Source: Patellaria atrata CBS 101060
Lineage: Eukaryota
NCBI GenBank assembly: GCA_010093705.1
Contig: MU006090.1
Span: 1-64,000, forward strand
Reading direction: 5' to 3'
DNA length: 64,000 nt
The notes below the pieces were generated by a model. That model was not told the DNA's origin, ran no database searches, and saw only the letters and a list, made by a program, of their open reading frames with translations. Every line of letters begins with the position of its first letter. Position 1 is the first letter of the stretch. The translations under genes were made by a program, and so were the position numbers. This document shows positions 9,478 through 21,877 of this stretch, piece after piece.

Positions 9478-12258
9478 TCACATCTTTCCCCCGATCCCCA
9501 GACTCCAATCTTTCAACTCCATCTTTGGAGCCTCGATCTGCGGCGGCTTTTCCACTCTCCCTCCCTTTCTGGGACTCTTCTTCGGACTCTCTACCTTCTT
9601 CTCTCCCATCCGTACATCTTTGACCTCCCATCCATCTTGTACTGCCGCAGCAACCCATGTCCTAAGCCCATCGTGGATGTGTCCGTAGAATTTCTCCTTA
9701 CAGGCGCGTAGGGAATCCCCCATGACTTTCTCGAACCCGGACGCCCGGAGCTCAGCTCGGAGAGCGTTGCGATCACAAGCGGTGGGTAAGGAAGCAAGCA
9801 GTCCATTCAGGAGATCAATGTGGGTAGCCATGTAGTTGGTCGCATCCCATTCAACGCCACCGACATATGGTGCGGCCGGAACCGGTGGACGAGGTTGAGG
9901 AAAGTGGAGGTCCATGTACGATTTGTTAGCAATGTCGGCCCTCGTAGTATTGGGTGCAGTATCGAGGGGCACGGAATCCGTTGATCCAGGTAACGGAACG
10001 ACGTTCAAATGGTGCAAGAAAATCCAAAAGACTTCCTTGCATACGTTGACAACTTCACGGCACCAAACACGATATGGACGTGGGGTGTGCATCTCAAGAA
10101 TGAAGTTCAATGGTTGAGCTGCCTCGGGCTTCTTCGGATCGGAAAGATATGACAGAATCATTCTCGCGCGGTCCGGACGTTGTCCGATCGGGGCTGCACA
10201 AAGGTGCATGACTGTGACCGATTGTTAGCATATCAAACCTCGACGAAACAGTAGAAGAAATACTCACATAATAGGCTCATGATGATACCACGCGTGGTGA
10301 ATTCGCTAGGACCTTTATGCTCATCATCGAATAACATTGCGACAAGAGCAGGGAATAGGGTTGATTCTAATTCACAAAGCTTCCGAAGAGCCCGGTCGGT
10401 TGTGCAAAGACCTTTGAGACATAGTAGTGCTTCATGCAAAAGTGCATCTTCATGCTCCTCACTAGTTCATTTGTCAGTTATGGAAACATATTCCATGGGA
10501 ATTTAGAGGAACGTACCGCCATTCGACCTGCATAATTCTATGGAGCAGGTTAACGATTTCCGTCATCCCACCTTGCTGAATGAAAGTATCTACCCATATA
10601 ACTGTCTCATTACGAAGAAGTAATCGTAACTTATGGATTTTGCCAACCTCTACCAATTCAGGTTTCTGTATCTTTCTCAGATAAGAGACAAACTCTTCGG
10701 GGACTGCCGGCTTTGGAGCCTTATGGAGAAACGAGGGTTTAGGACCGGTGGAGCTTGAGCGGAATGATTTTGCAGACGGAGACTTTGGAACATCACTAGG
10801 TTTGAAAGATTTTGCGGATGTATTGTTCGTGTCGAATCGGCTCTGTTTGGATGGAGAATCACTTTTGCTGAAGGTAAATGTACGGCTCCTAGGTCGTGAT
10901 TGCCTCGTATCAGTGGAGTCAATGTCCTCAGGATCATCATCAACCATTTTGTTGGCTGATCGCGCCGATCGACCCAAAGTTGGGCGTTTTGAAGTTGTGT
11001 CAATGCGAAGAGTAAATTTTGATGTCTCCCTCGGTAGCTTTAGCTCCTCAACTTTGTTCTGCTTGATGAATTCCGCTTTTAGCTTAGTGGTTAACGAACG
11101 CATTTTGGGGCGCATGTTTTCTGGAATGTTACGAGAATCCTGTATCGTTCAGCATAATGACACACATCGACAATAGGTGGGGAGACATACAAGAACTGAT
11201 TCAAATGCGGCATCTACTTCCTCTGGATTGAGATCTGGTTCTTTATCTTTAGTTGGGGAATCCTCAGTCTTCTCATTACGCCATTTGGATAAAGTCAAAC
11301 CGAACTTGAATTTCTCATTACTCATCGCATTGAGACGGCCTCGTGAGCGACTTCTCGTTCGGTCTTCGGATCGACGGTGCTTCAGTATATCTCCACTAGG
11401 TCCGCGATATGTTGATATCGGGCGTTCTTTACTACTTTTATGCAAATCTACCTCTATAAAAGAGGGAGTGGAGATACCAGTGGTAATATGATCGGAACGT
11501 GGTCTCTCCTTTTGCTGTCGATGCTCGGGCTCAAAGTTGTAGAAATTCCTCTGTTTTGACGGAGAGTAATCTTGAGGTGTATAGCGCGCAATTTCATCAT
11601 CAATAGATATCCGATCATTGAGAGGAATAGTCGTTGTAGATGTGTTAGGGAATTGTTGTGTCGCAAACTGCGCCCATATTGGCGTATGAGGGGTGTCAAC
11701 TCCAGATCTTGGAGGGGTCGTATTTTCCTTATCCTTGGGTCCCTCCTTGGTTTCTTTTGAAGGCTTAGATTTTATGAACATGCCGGCTATGCTAGTTGAC
11801 GATTTGGTTTTCTTCATCTTGACCGGCGAGCAACTTTTGTCCCGAGAGTTTGACTTGCTAAGAGCACGACCGGTCCTCTCTTCAGCTCCAGTCTTTTCTG
11901 CTACCTCTAGAGATCTCGACCCAGATGCAACCTTGTTCACTCCATCTTGTTTCAGAGGTCTCTGCTCGGTCGACTTTCTAGGAGAGGTGGCGACGCTCTG
12001 ATTATATATTTCGCCCAGCACCCGACCATTGGAAGCTGGAGGATCCGGAGGAAGCATAGGAGTAGAGGTTGGGTGTTTGAAAACTCCATATTGAACACCA
12101 CTGTTGTACTGCGGGCTGATAAGAGAAGTGCCGTCTGACGGCAACCACTTATTGTTCTTCGAGGGTAGAATTGACTTCAGAACTGAGGCTGATTTATTCC
12201 GCTTATGACCTGGCCTTTCTGGGGAAGCGTCGCCCCTGGGGACTGCGACATTGTTCAT
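9478..12258 (-). CDS. Formin GTPase-binding-domain (Drf_GBD/armadillo-like) protein, Rid1-like; exons 12258-11191, 11139-10517, 10461-10268, 10211-9478
   Basis: Disordered N-terminus, then AFESVLDSRNIPENMR, LRLLLRNETVIWVDTFI..GG, LHEALLCLKGL. No FH1/FH2 domain seen. Canonical introns. Confidence 0.75.
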
Positions 12259-12821
12259 CGTTTCGCTAAATTGTCAGTCAACTGTGCTCCTCAATCTTGT
12301 TCTAATGGTGCATGTCGGGTAGTTCTGGTAAATGTATTTGGAGAGATAAACAAACTTACCAACAGCGAGAATAAGGAACACAGCAAATTTATTGTCCAGC
12401 CCAGGTGTTGTAAGTTGGGGAGAGAGTAACTGAATAATATTCGAGGTAATATGTCCTTGGTCGTTTCTCGGATCCCTGTTTTGATTGTTTATAGCCGGAA
12501 ATTCCTCGGGTTGCTATGCGAGCTCGGACCCTCTGTGCTTGTCCGCTTGAAGCTTAGGTAAGCTTCGCCTTTTTCGCATCTTTCATAATAATGAATGATA
12601 AAATTAAATAAAACTCTGCTACCCTACCTTACAATAAAGAGAAGACCACCGCGCGACGACATGTATAGTGCTTCTTGAAGGATGCAGTGGAAAACTATTC
12701 CTGGACGGACTTCTTTGAAGATCGTCTGTTTTCATCCCTTAAGAGCTTCAATGATGATCATACAGAAATTATGAATAACAGTTACCATACGGGCGACAGG
12801 TTCTACGTCTCGACCTCGAAT

Positions 12822-13419
12822 TCATGCATTTCTTCCGCCGCCGCTGGTCCAATCTTTCTTCTCCACCAGCATCTCCTTCGCCGGCAACGTTGCAAACCTA
12901 CTCATAGCCTCCAAATTCATCTCTTTCGTATACGCCTGTCCGCTCTCCTGCATCTCCTTCAACAGTTTAAAATAGTTGATATAAAATGCCGGCGTATATG
13001 TGTTGAAGAACCTTGCTTCCTCGTCGAACGGATTAGAGAATGTATGGGGTGCTCTTGTCGGCACGACCACATAATCTCCCTCTTTAGCATCGATATGCTG
13101 TCCATCTGGGGCATGGAAACGAACAGTTCCTTTCTGGACAAGGAACGTCTCATCGTGCATTTCGTGCCAATGGGCGGGAGGACCCGTGGTTCGAGGTGGT
13201 ATTATGATTTCTGCGGAGCCGATGCGGTTGTCTAAGTAGAAGTAGTGAGTCTTGCTAAATTGATACGGAGGATCTACTTGAGGTACCGGTTCTACTTCCA
13301 TCCTCCATGATTCGAATAGTCATCTTTCCAAGCGCAAATGCTTCTCCTGCATGGACCGGTACAAAGTTTATAGGTCGTTTTGGCATCGCCATCGATCTCA
13401 TGGCAGCTTCTTCGTCCAT
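12822..13419 (-). CDS. Cupin_2 (RmlC-like) protein; exons 13419-13287 and 13231-12822 (true start upstream of the ORF-track start)
   Basis: Metal motifs PPAHWHEMHDETF and GDYVVVPTRAPHTF. A 55-nt intron (GTACCT...TTAG) joins MDEEAAM...RIMEDGSRT to DNRIGSAE. Confidence 0.8.
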
Positions 13420-14017
13420 CTTTACTCTCGCCACAGATGGAAGGATTCAGAACTGGGATAGTTCTAAGTCTTTTTTTCTCGCTCCCCCTTTCTCTCTCTC
13501 TCTCTTTTTACTTAGAAAATCCTCAGCTTGACAGTAACAATAAGTTTGGCTGGGTCTCCGCCTTCAAATAATGGTGAACTGCAGAGACCGCTCGTGGCAT
13601 ATGGTGGGGTCCCGTAGTCCCGGGTCGGGATGCGATGGAACTCCTCCCATACTGTAAGGTAATATTTAAAATATTTCGTTGTTAATGGATGCGAGTAATT
13701 CGCCTTGTATCAGTCACACTTCCAATTCACTGTATGTAAAACTTTAGCACCCGCTATTTGAAGATATTTAGATTGAAGATATTGTAAACTAGACCCTTGG
13801 TATTCGTAATTATTGTTGCCATGTAATCGGTTCCCATTTAATGACTGACACCTTGCGGAGCAGCACCGCCAGCACATCTAGACTCAGATGATATAAAGAA
13901 ACTTGTAGTTGCATCGTCTTTATGGAATGAATCATATCACCGTGAACCATTAACCGCATTCCATACCTTGTCACACTTTACACGTAGCCGCCCAAATGGG
14001 CCCATCTCTCCCCCCGA

Positions 14018-14506
14018 TCAACTTCCCCTATACGTCGTGTAGTTGTACGGCCCCAGTAGCACGGGAACGTGGTAATGCTCTTTCCTACTCCGCACTACAA
14101 ACTTGATCTCAACCTCCTCAAAAAAGGCCTCTATTTCCCTTTCACCAAAGTATCTCGACACGTCGAACTTCAGGCTCCAACGGGTAGCGCTGGATTCCGC
14201 ATCATGGAAGACTGTTTCCAACGATGGCGGGAAGCCTGACAGCTCCGTCGACCAAGCTGTCACGCGTCCGTCCGCATTCGTGATGCCGTTAAAACGTGGA
14301 CAAAAACCCGTGGTGGAGAGGAGTGTTAGGGACACGGGAATATTGCCGCCAGGGCGACCCAGAGTAGTATCTAGGACATGACAGGTGATCGGCGGTCGAG
14401 ATGCCATCGTCTGACCCGGTTTGTTGGTTTGCGACGTACTGGAGGAGAGGTGAGAAGTTAAGGTTGCAATACGATCAATGATCTTAGACGTAGAATTGGT
14501 TTGCAT
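14018..14506 (-). CDS. uaX: 5-hydroxyisourate hydrolase (transthyretin-like) with N-terminal PTS2
   Basis: ITCHVLDTTLGRP, TNADGR, HYHVPVLLGPYNYTT and C-terminal YRGS signature. PTS2 RI-ATLTS-HL. Confidence 0.9.
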   Translation of the reverse strand: MQTNSTSKIIDRIATLTSHLSSSTSQTNKPGQTMASRPPITCHVLDTTLGRPGGNIPVSLTLLSTTGFCPRFNGITNADGRVTAWSTELSGFPPSLETVFHDAESSATRWSLKFDVSRYFGEREIEAFFEEVEIKFVVRSRKEHYHVPVLLGPYNYTTYRGS

Positions 14507-15112
14507 TCAGCACTTCAATGGAGGACGAAATATCGAAAGTGGATTTTAAGGGGATTCGACTTCAAGTATCTGCGGGTTATTTATATGGTAAAATTCTGGT
14601 GAAGTAATCGCGGTGACTATCTATGTTCATCAATGCGGAGCCGACGACATCAAGTTACTTCGTCGTTCGTCGGCCAGAGGCGGTTGCCGATGAGACGCTA
14701 CCGCAGTTGGACTATCATACCGCATAACATTGTATTTCCGGCGATTCAGGTCCACGTGAATTAGAACAATTTGCATAAGGTTTGAATTGATTATACAGTA
14801 CTTTCACTATCTACTTTCGTACGTTAGAACTAACTAGGTACTTCCCCCCTTGCCCCATCGTGGTCCAACTGTCTTAACATACACCATCCGCAATCGATCC
14901 TATCAATGCTCATAAATCCAATGTAAATTACATGGAAAAGAAGCATAATAGCAAAGTAATCGAAAAGCCACCCAGGCTCTTTATTTTTAATCCCCCGCCC
15001 CATGAGAAGCTCACACGCAAACCTTCAATACCAACTGCAAGGGAAGAAATTTCACGATGTGGAAAGTAAGAAGATCAATTATGCGAGGTTATTATGTGTT
15101 TTGAACCCCCCT

Positions 15113-18100
15113 TCACGCCAATAACGCCTTGTAATATCTCAAGCTCAGCTGCAGCGTATGCTTGAGATAGGCATCTTCCGTGAGTGGAAGGCTGAGGACC
15201 TCATTCCCAGTCTGCAATTTTGTCTTCTGCATAACCGTTAGCCAATGCAACACACCAAGCACAACACCAAACTAGAAGGACTCACTTCGCCTTTGACACC
15301 CAACTCAGCCACCACCCTTGCCATCTCCCTGACGGCCGCTCTCTCCAAGAGAGCATCTCTACTCCCAGTACTAGTACCGGCTTCTACTCTCCTGCCCCAT
15401 CCCTCCAATGCCTTTCCTAGCCCTTTTCTAACCTCCTCTCGCTCGAGTTCCTCATCTCTACCCACTCTCAACCCTCCAACATCCACCAATCTTACAAAAT
15501 CGAAGAGCACCTCTCCTCCTTCATTCCAAGCCCTCACACCTCCTCCTCTCGCCTCCTCCAAAAAGCCACCTAGCAGAGTCCTCATCTCGTCATAATCCCT
15601 TTCAATGATGCATCTTGGCCCCACGATTCTACAAAGAACATCGTGCGCGTCGTTCCACTTCCCAGCACGCATGAGTGCTCGCGTCTCTTGTTCCGGTGAC
15701 CGTAGGACAGCACGCGCATACATCGCTTTGGCAGACCAGAGCCAGTCCGCCGGAAGCTTGAGTGTATCGACGAGAGGATCATAGGCGCTGGAGTTGGGAG
15801 ATGCATCTGGGGATTCTTGATCAGGGATGAGGTTCTGTGAGTGGAGGGGAAGGAGATCTTGGATCGCTTTCTGGCGCGCGTGTGGATCGGAAATGTGTGT
15901 CAAGACCCAGATAGCGGTGTTGAATGCGTTGCGGTAATTGTCGTCCGGGATTTTAGGCGGAGGCGTGCAGGCAGAGATGAGGGCATTAGCGTAGGTAACG
16001 GTGAGTTCGTCTGCTGTTGCCGAGATGCGCGATTCGACCGCTTTATTCTTTGACTTGCAGAGGATTCGCTTGGCACGGAGGAGATGAATAAGCTGGAAGC
16101 TGAGACGGGCGTCGAGGGGGTTGCCAGCAGTGTTTTCTGGTCTGAGAATCTCTTCCATGCGGTCATGGGTGTTGTTGGCGGTATGAGAGGTGTAAAGCTT
16201 GAGTAAACCCCAGAGGATGTCCTCTCGAGAATCAGGGGAAGAATCTATCCAGCCTTGATCGACTTTTTGTTCAAGGAACCAGGGGAGAGGTTTCAATTCT
16301 CGCATGTCGCCATTCCTAGAGTTGAGCTCCTCATTATAGGAGTGAACAGCTGCTTCTAGGCCCTCATCATCAAGTATACCATACCAAAGACGTACACCGA
16401 AGGATCGACGCCAGTCAATCTTGAACCGGCGAGAAAGTTTGAAAGACGGTACTTCATTCTCTGCACCGTGACCCTCCTGGCCTGTACAAACGCTGCAGTT
16501 TCCCGCTACCAGTTCATACAAGGCGCGTATCTCATCGACCATCTCGGAAAGAGTGTTCTGATGACGCCAATCCTCAATCTGCTTCCGCATATCTTCGTGA
16601 ACCTTTTCATTACCACCGATTTGAGCGACCATGGTGGCAAGCCTGAAGTTACGTCCAGCGACTAAAGCGGCGCACGCATCGACGACATTGTGGCCTGTGA
16701 GGTGGAATAGAGCCTTCTCCTCCTGGGTAGGCGCTTGGAAAGCCTGCTTATCCGCATCTGGCTGAACAACCTTAGCCCAGAAAGCTGACAACTTATCCTT
16801 CCGTAAGCGCCATTCGTAGCGCTCGTAGTCTTGAGGCAATACTCCCTTTGGAAACTCGCTGCTAACGTCATCGAAAAGGATGCTGGCCAATTGCCAAACT
16901 TGTTGTTCGTGAACACCAGCAGGAGTATCCGTCACAACAGCTTCAGCAATCTGTTCGAAGTCAAATTCTTCTTGGTTAATGACGGCTCCAGGTATATCGG
17001 CATTATTGGTACGTATCACTGTGAACTTCTTCTGCGCAACGATCGCATCAGGTACAAGCTTAGAGAGTATATTAAGCTTAGCGAACCGGACATCTTTGTG
17101 TTCAGAGACTATGGATCGGTTGATGTTCCTGAGCACGCCCGAGGTCAGAGACGGTGCACCCCCTGGGATTGTATATACCAAGGTACCATCGGGATTCCAG
17201 CTTGGTTTGTTGGACTCGTGAAAGGCTTTGTCATTCGCATTCATGGTGTCAACATCGGCAGTTTTAGGTTTCTTCGCATAGGGCCACTAGACACAAAAAT
17301 ATTCAGCAATATGTTCTCAATTTAGTAACTACATACATGAGCGGGCTCAACATCAGGCCCGTAAGGACACTACAAATTTCCGTCACGCATTCCAAGCCCG
17401 CTCATACTATAACTAAAGGATATTAGGGGAGTCAAACCTCGAAACCATTTCCTGCCGAACCCTGCCTCTTTCCCTTCGACGATGCGTTGCCAAAGTCCTG
17501 GCTGAAAAGCGACTTCATAAGATCAATACTTGTAGCAAAAGGCTTATCGTTCGACGCCGACCTCACAAGATCTTTCTCGTTGCGCGCCTTCAAAACATTC
17601 GCTTGACTCTCCCGTAATGCCTGTCGATCCTGTTTCTTAGGACTAATGGTCCGTTGTAATTGGTCTGCCCAGTTCGAATCAAACGCTGTTCGTGACTTTG
17701 CTGGAGTATCCAGAGCAGATTTACTAGCTTTAAGAATTGACTTGGGTATAAAGACACCGGTCCGAGAAGGATCGCCAAGGCTATTGACGCTTGATAGCAC
17801 CATGGTATGACCTGGCTGTGGAAAAGAACCGGCCACGCTCTGATCTTCAACCGAGCCCTGTTCACTGTCGTACACGGCGGATTCATCGCTGCCGTCCATC
17901 CCAACTGAACCCACGGAGCGCTCGTCTAGGAAAGACTCCGCTGAATGCTGAGTGTGTTCGGGCTCCCGCACAGCTGGGCTTCCTTGCTCATACAAACTTC
18001 CATCATCTCTGTCATCTTCCTCATCTCCGTCGTCGTATGGTATCATGGAATCCTCGTCGAACCCACCAGGAAGTGCAACTTTCTTGCATTTCTTGAATTC

Positions 18101-21100
18101 GAAGGTATCATCCGGACTCGATGCAGGTGGGCTTAGTAAAGAATCATCTCCTCGCAAAGAGGAGCTCGTTGGATGAGGAGTGCGACCAGCAGGCGTTGGT
18201 GAATCGGGTGGATCGGTGAGCATGGTTTCATCCTCATCATCGTCGTAGTCCAGCCCATAGGTGCTGTAGTGCTGCACTCTGAAAACCCATGTACCGGTCT
18301 TCTTTATGTAATCGATGTACTCCGTATTTGCGACTCGTCTGAGACGCTTGATGTGCTTTTCAACACGAGCACCAGTCATCTCAAAGACATGTATGTTACC
18401 ACCTTCAACCTTGGGCCACGAGTTTTCCAAATAAATTGTTGAGGGAACGTTGAGGCCTTGACCCTGAGGAGGCTTCCTAAATCCGCATGTGTTGCTGTAC
18501 ACGGTGGCGTGTCTAACCTCGAGCTCAATAATTGTTCCCAAAAGCTTTTCTAATGGAATATTGGTCAAGTCCACAGGATCAAACTCAATCCTTCCGACGC
18601 CTTGACGGCCGACAACGAGACTTACCCGTTTCAACTGGGAAGAATCCATCTTGCGCAGCTCATCTAGAGATGGCTTAGACCAGTAAGCTCCAGGTTTCTG
18701 ATCAACCTGATTCCGTTTAGCTTCCTCGTTGGCGGTAGTCAATTTGCTCGACGAGTTAGAGGAAGTTGATGAAGAGACATCTTCGGCAACAGATGCTAGA
18801 ATCCCTCCTCCCTGGCGTCTCGAGGAAGCTCCGTTCACCTGTTGGGATTTTGGTGTAGTCCTTGTCTGCGAAGTTGTTGTTCGCGCAGTGCTGACTGGCT
18901 CAGCGCTTATTGCTGGAGCAGAAGTAGAATCAGGAGTAACATCAGGGGTAGGACTAGGTGACTCGGTCCGGACCAAAGCAGTGCTTGTCTTAGCATCAGT
19001 AGATGACGTACCACTTGTTCCATGAGTATCGAAGCTGACTCGCTTCTTAGGAACTGCTGGGACAGCATCCTCCTCGGTGTCGTTCTCCTCACCAAACAAT
19101 GATGGCCTCGCGGTCCTCAGATTGCGATTGATGCTGAGGCGCTTCAAGCTATTAGATTGGTAACCACGGGATCCGTTCGCATTGAGGGCACCGGGGACGA
19201 GAATACTCTCCTCTGGATTCCAGGATTGACGCAAATTGCTAGTGGACAAGCTCTTGCCCAGGGATCTGCCGATACTACCGCCGAGTAAACTGCTCCCCAG
19301 AGGGCTGGATGTGGCGCTTCCGGGTGTGCCATACGTAGAGTAGGAGAAACCATAGCCGCCGGTCCGTTTTTGTGGGGTGATCAGCCTGGTAGATGCAGCT
19401 GGATTGATCTTATACTGAGGTATAATTGCACTCTTCCTCATCTTCTGAGCACTCGACAAGGGAGTGGCTAACGGGCCAACGGACTGACTAGGGGTATCCA
19501 AGCTTTGGAAAAGAGGGCCATTCCCGTAAGGGTTGTCCTGAAGTGAGGCTTGGAGTCGCAACCCTTGGTTTTGTTGCGGCCCTTGCTGGCTGGAAAAAAG
19601 ACCGTTGTTCATCTGCGGCTGCTGTTGCTGTTGATTTTGGGTGTTGGTAAAAAGCGAATTACCAAGGCCGCCTTGATTGTTAGCATTGTTTTGAGCTCCA
19701 AAAAGATTGGTACCGGTAGTTGTGGAAGGATTCGCATTCAGACCTCCGAAGAGCGAGGGCTTTTGTTGCTGGTTGGTATTGTTTGGAAAGAGCCCACCAG
19801 CCTGCTGCTGGTTGTTCTGATTGTTGTTCAAGTTGCCGAATAACGAGCTTGATCCCGTATTTGGAGTCGTTGTACTTCCGAATAACGTACCTGTCGCAGG
19901 TTTGTTACCGAACAGACCGCCGCTCTGTTGTTGTTGTTGGTTGTTGGTGTTGCTCCCAAACAGCCCTCCACCCTGTTGCTGGGTATTGTTCTGCGCCCCG
20001 AATAATCCACCTCCAGTTCCGGTGGTGTTGCTCCCGAAGAGGCCTCCTGGTTTCTGCTGGGTCTGATTGTTGTTTCCAAAACCTCCAAAGAGACCTCCGG
20101 TCTGATTTTGATTTTGGTTTTGATTCTGATTTTGATTCTGATTGTTCTGACCGAAACCACCGAAGCCAGACGTGGCTGTATTCTGCTGCTGATTTCCGGC
20201 GCCAAACCCAGTGTTGGTGTTGGTATTCCCTCCAAAGAGACCGCTCCCCGTGGTTGTATTTGTATTCGATCCGAAAAGGCCAGTCCCGGTAGAGGTGTTG
20301 TTGTTGTTGTTGTTGGTAGTCGCGCCAAATCCTCCAAAAGCAGGCTTGTTCTGAGTCTGGTTCTGGGCGCCAAAAAGCCCTGCACCGGTTGTGTTGGTTC
20401 CAAAACCACTTCCAGTACCACCGAATGGAGTAGCGGTATTGCTCCCACTTGTGCCAAATAAATTTCCAGTTTGTTGAGCGGACGTTGTGGTTGTGCCTCC
20501 AAATAAACTCCCAGCGGCAGGTTTTGCGCCAAAAAGACCTGTGGTAGAATTAGTGCCGCCAAATGCAGTATTGGTGTTCGTGTTGGCCTGGGTATTTCCA
20601 AAGAGCGGAGTTGCGGTGGTGTTATTATTGGAACCGAACATACCCGTCCCAGTATTGCTGGTCCCGAAGGCAGTATTTGCATTGGTGTTTGCGTTACCAA
20701 AACCTCCAAACGTGTTCGTGGCACCGAAGGCACCCGCCTGTCCATTTTGGTTGCCGTATCTTCTGCCTTGGTTGTAATCGGCCAATCTCAGCTCTTCCAG
20801 GGACCAAGTTGAATACGGTGGCATGCATGAAATAGTTTGGTATTGCGACGTCGCTCCGCTTTGCCCAGCTTCCTTCTCCGTATGCGGCTGAAAAGGTGTC
20901 GCGGCCGTACCTTGCGGCTGTGTCGCATTTGCGTTGTTCGCACCAAACCCAGTTGTACCGAATGCTCCGGTGGTCGAGGTATTGGTATTGGCATTCGCGC
21001 CTCCAAAAGTAGCGTTACCTCCGCCAAAGAGACCACCTGCAGTACCTGTGTTTGCTGAACCAAATGCTGGCTTGTTAGCATTTCCAAACAATCCGCCGCT

Positions 21101-21877
21101 CGTTGTGTTGGTGTTGTTATTGCTTCCTCCGAAGAGTGAAGTCCCTCCAGTATTCTGCGCACCAAAACCGGTAGAGCCAAAGCCAGAGCCCGACGTTGCA
21201 GTGGTGCCACCACCGAAAAGGCCCCCGCTGGAAGTGGTATTCGTTGCTCCGAAACCGGATTTGGTGCCGCCGAAGGCAGGTGTTGTGTTTGTTGAACCGA
21301 AACCTACTCGAATGATGTTAGAACCAGTCTTCGTGATGTACGTTTAGATGCAACTATCGCGAATCGATGAGAACACTCTTGTCGCGATGAATTTCTCGGG
21401 CCAGAGAACACGATAAAGCTTCCCGATGGATGCAATTGAGGCTAACCAGCTCTCGATGAGCTGGCCGCTGCGCAGCCGAAAACAAAAGGCGATAAGTATA
21501 AGATTGCAGGTCAACAAGTCACATACCTCCGAAGGCCGTTCCAGTGGTATTGTTATTATTGCTTCCAAAGAGACCACCACTGGTGGTGTTGTTGGTATTG
21601 GTGGCGCCAAAACCGAAGCCAGAGCCTGAAATGCAGGAGATGACCAGTTAATGTGAGGTTCAGATGCGTGCTGGAAGCAGACTCGATCGATCGCGGGAAA
21701 CCCAAGGTCTCGAGGTCGACAAGCAAGAAGAAAATGCAAAAGGAACTGGTTCGACTTACCTCCAGATGCGTTATTAGCGTTGTTATTATTGTTGGCACCG
21801 AATCCAGCAAAGGTGCTGCCGCTAGACTGATTGGTGTTGTTCACCCCGAAGCCAGCGAAGCCTCCACCGAAAGACAT
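15113..21877 (-). CDS. NUP98: Nucleoporin Nup98-Nup96 precursor (Nup145/SonB-like); exons 21877-21760, 21625-21527, 21303-17438, 17286-15286, ~15226-15113
   Basis: GLFG repeats, GLEBS motif SLEELRLADY, autopeptidase domain ending FRVQHYSTYGLD, Nup96 helical region, last exon LPLTEDAYL. Confidence 0.93.

Noticed and set aside
14636..14690. CGG/CCG triplets upstream of HIU hydrolase as a UaY-type site
   Set aside because: Spacings seen are 2, 3 and 13 nt, not the TCGG-N6-CCGA consensus.
20103..20142. Hexamer microsatellite-like run
   Set aside because: Encodes (QN)n inside the Nup98 FG region; ordinary low complexity.
19550..21347. Many overlapping alternative-frame and antisense ORFs
   Set aside because: Shadow ORFs of low-complexity GLFG/Asn/Gln-rich Nup98 coding sequence.
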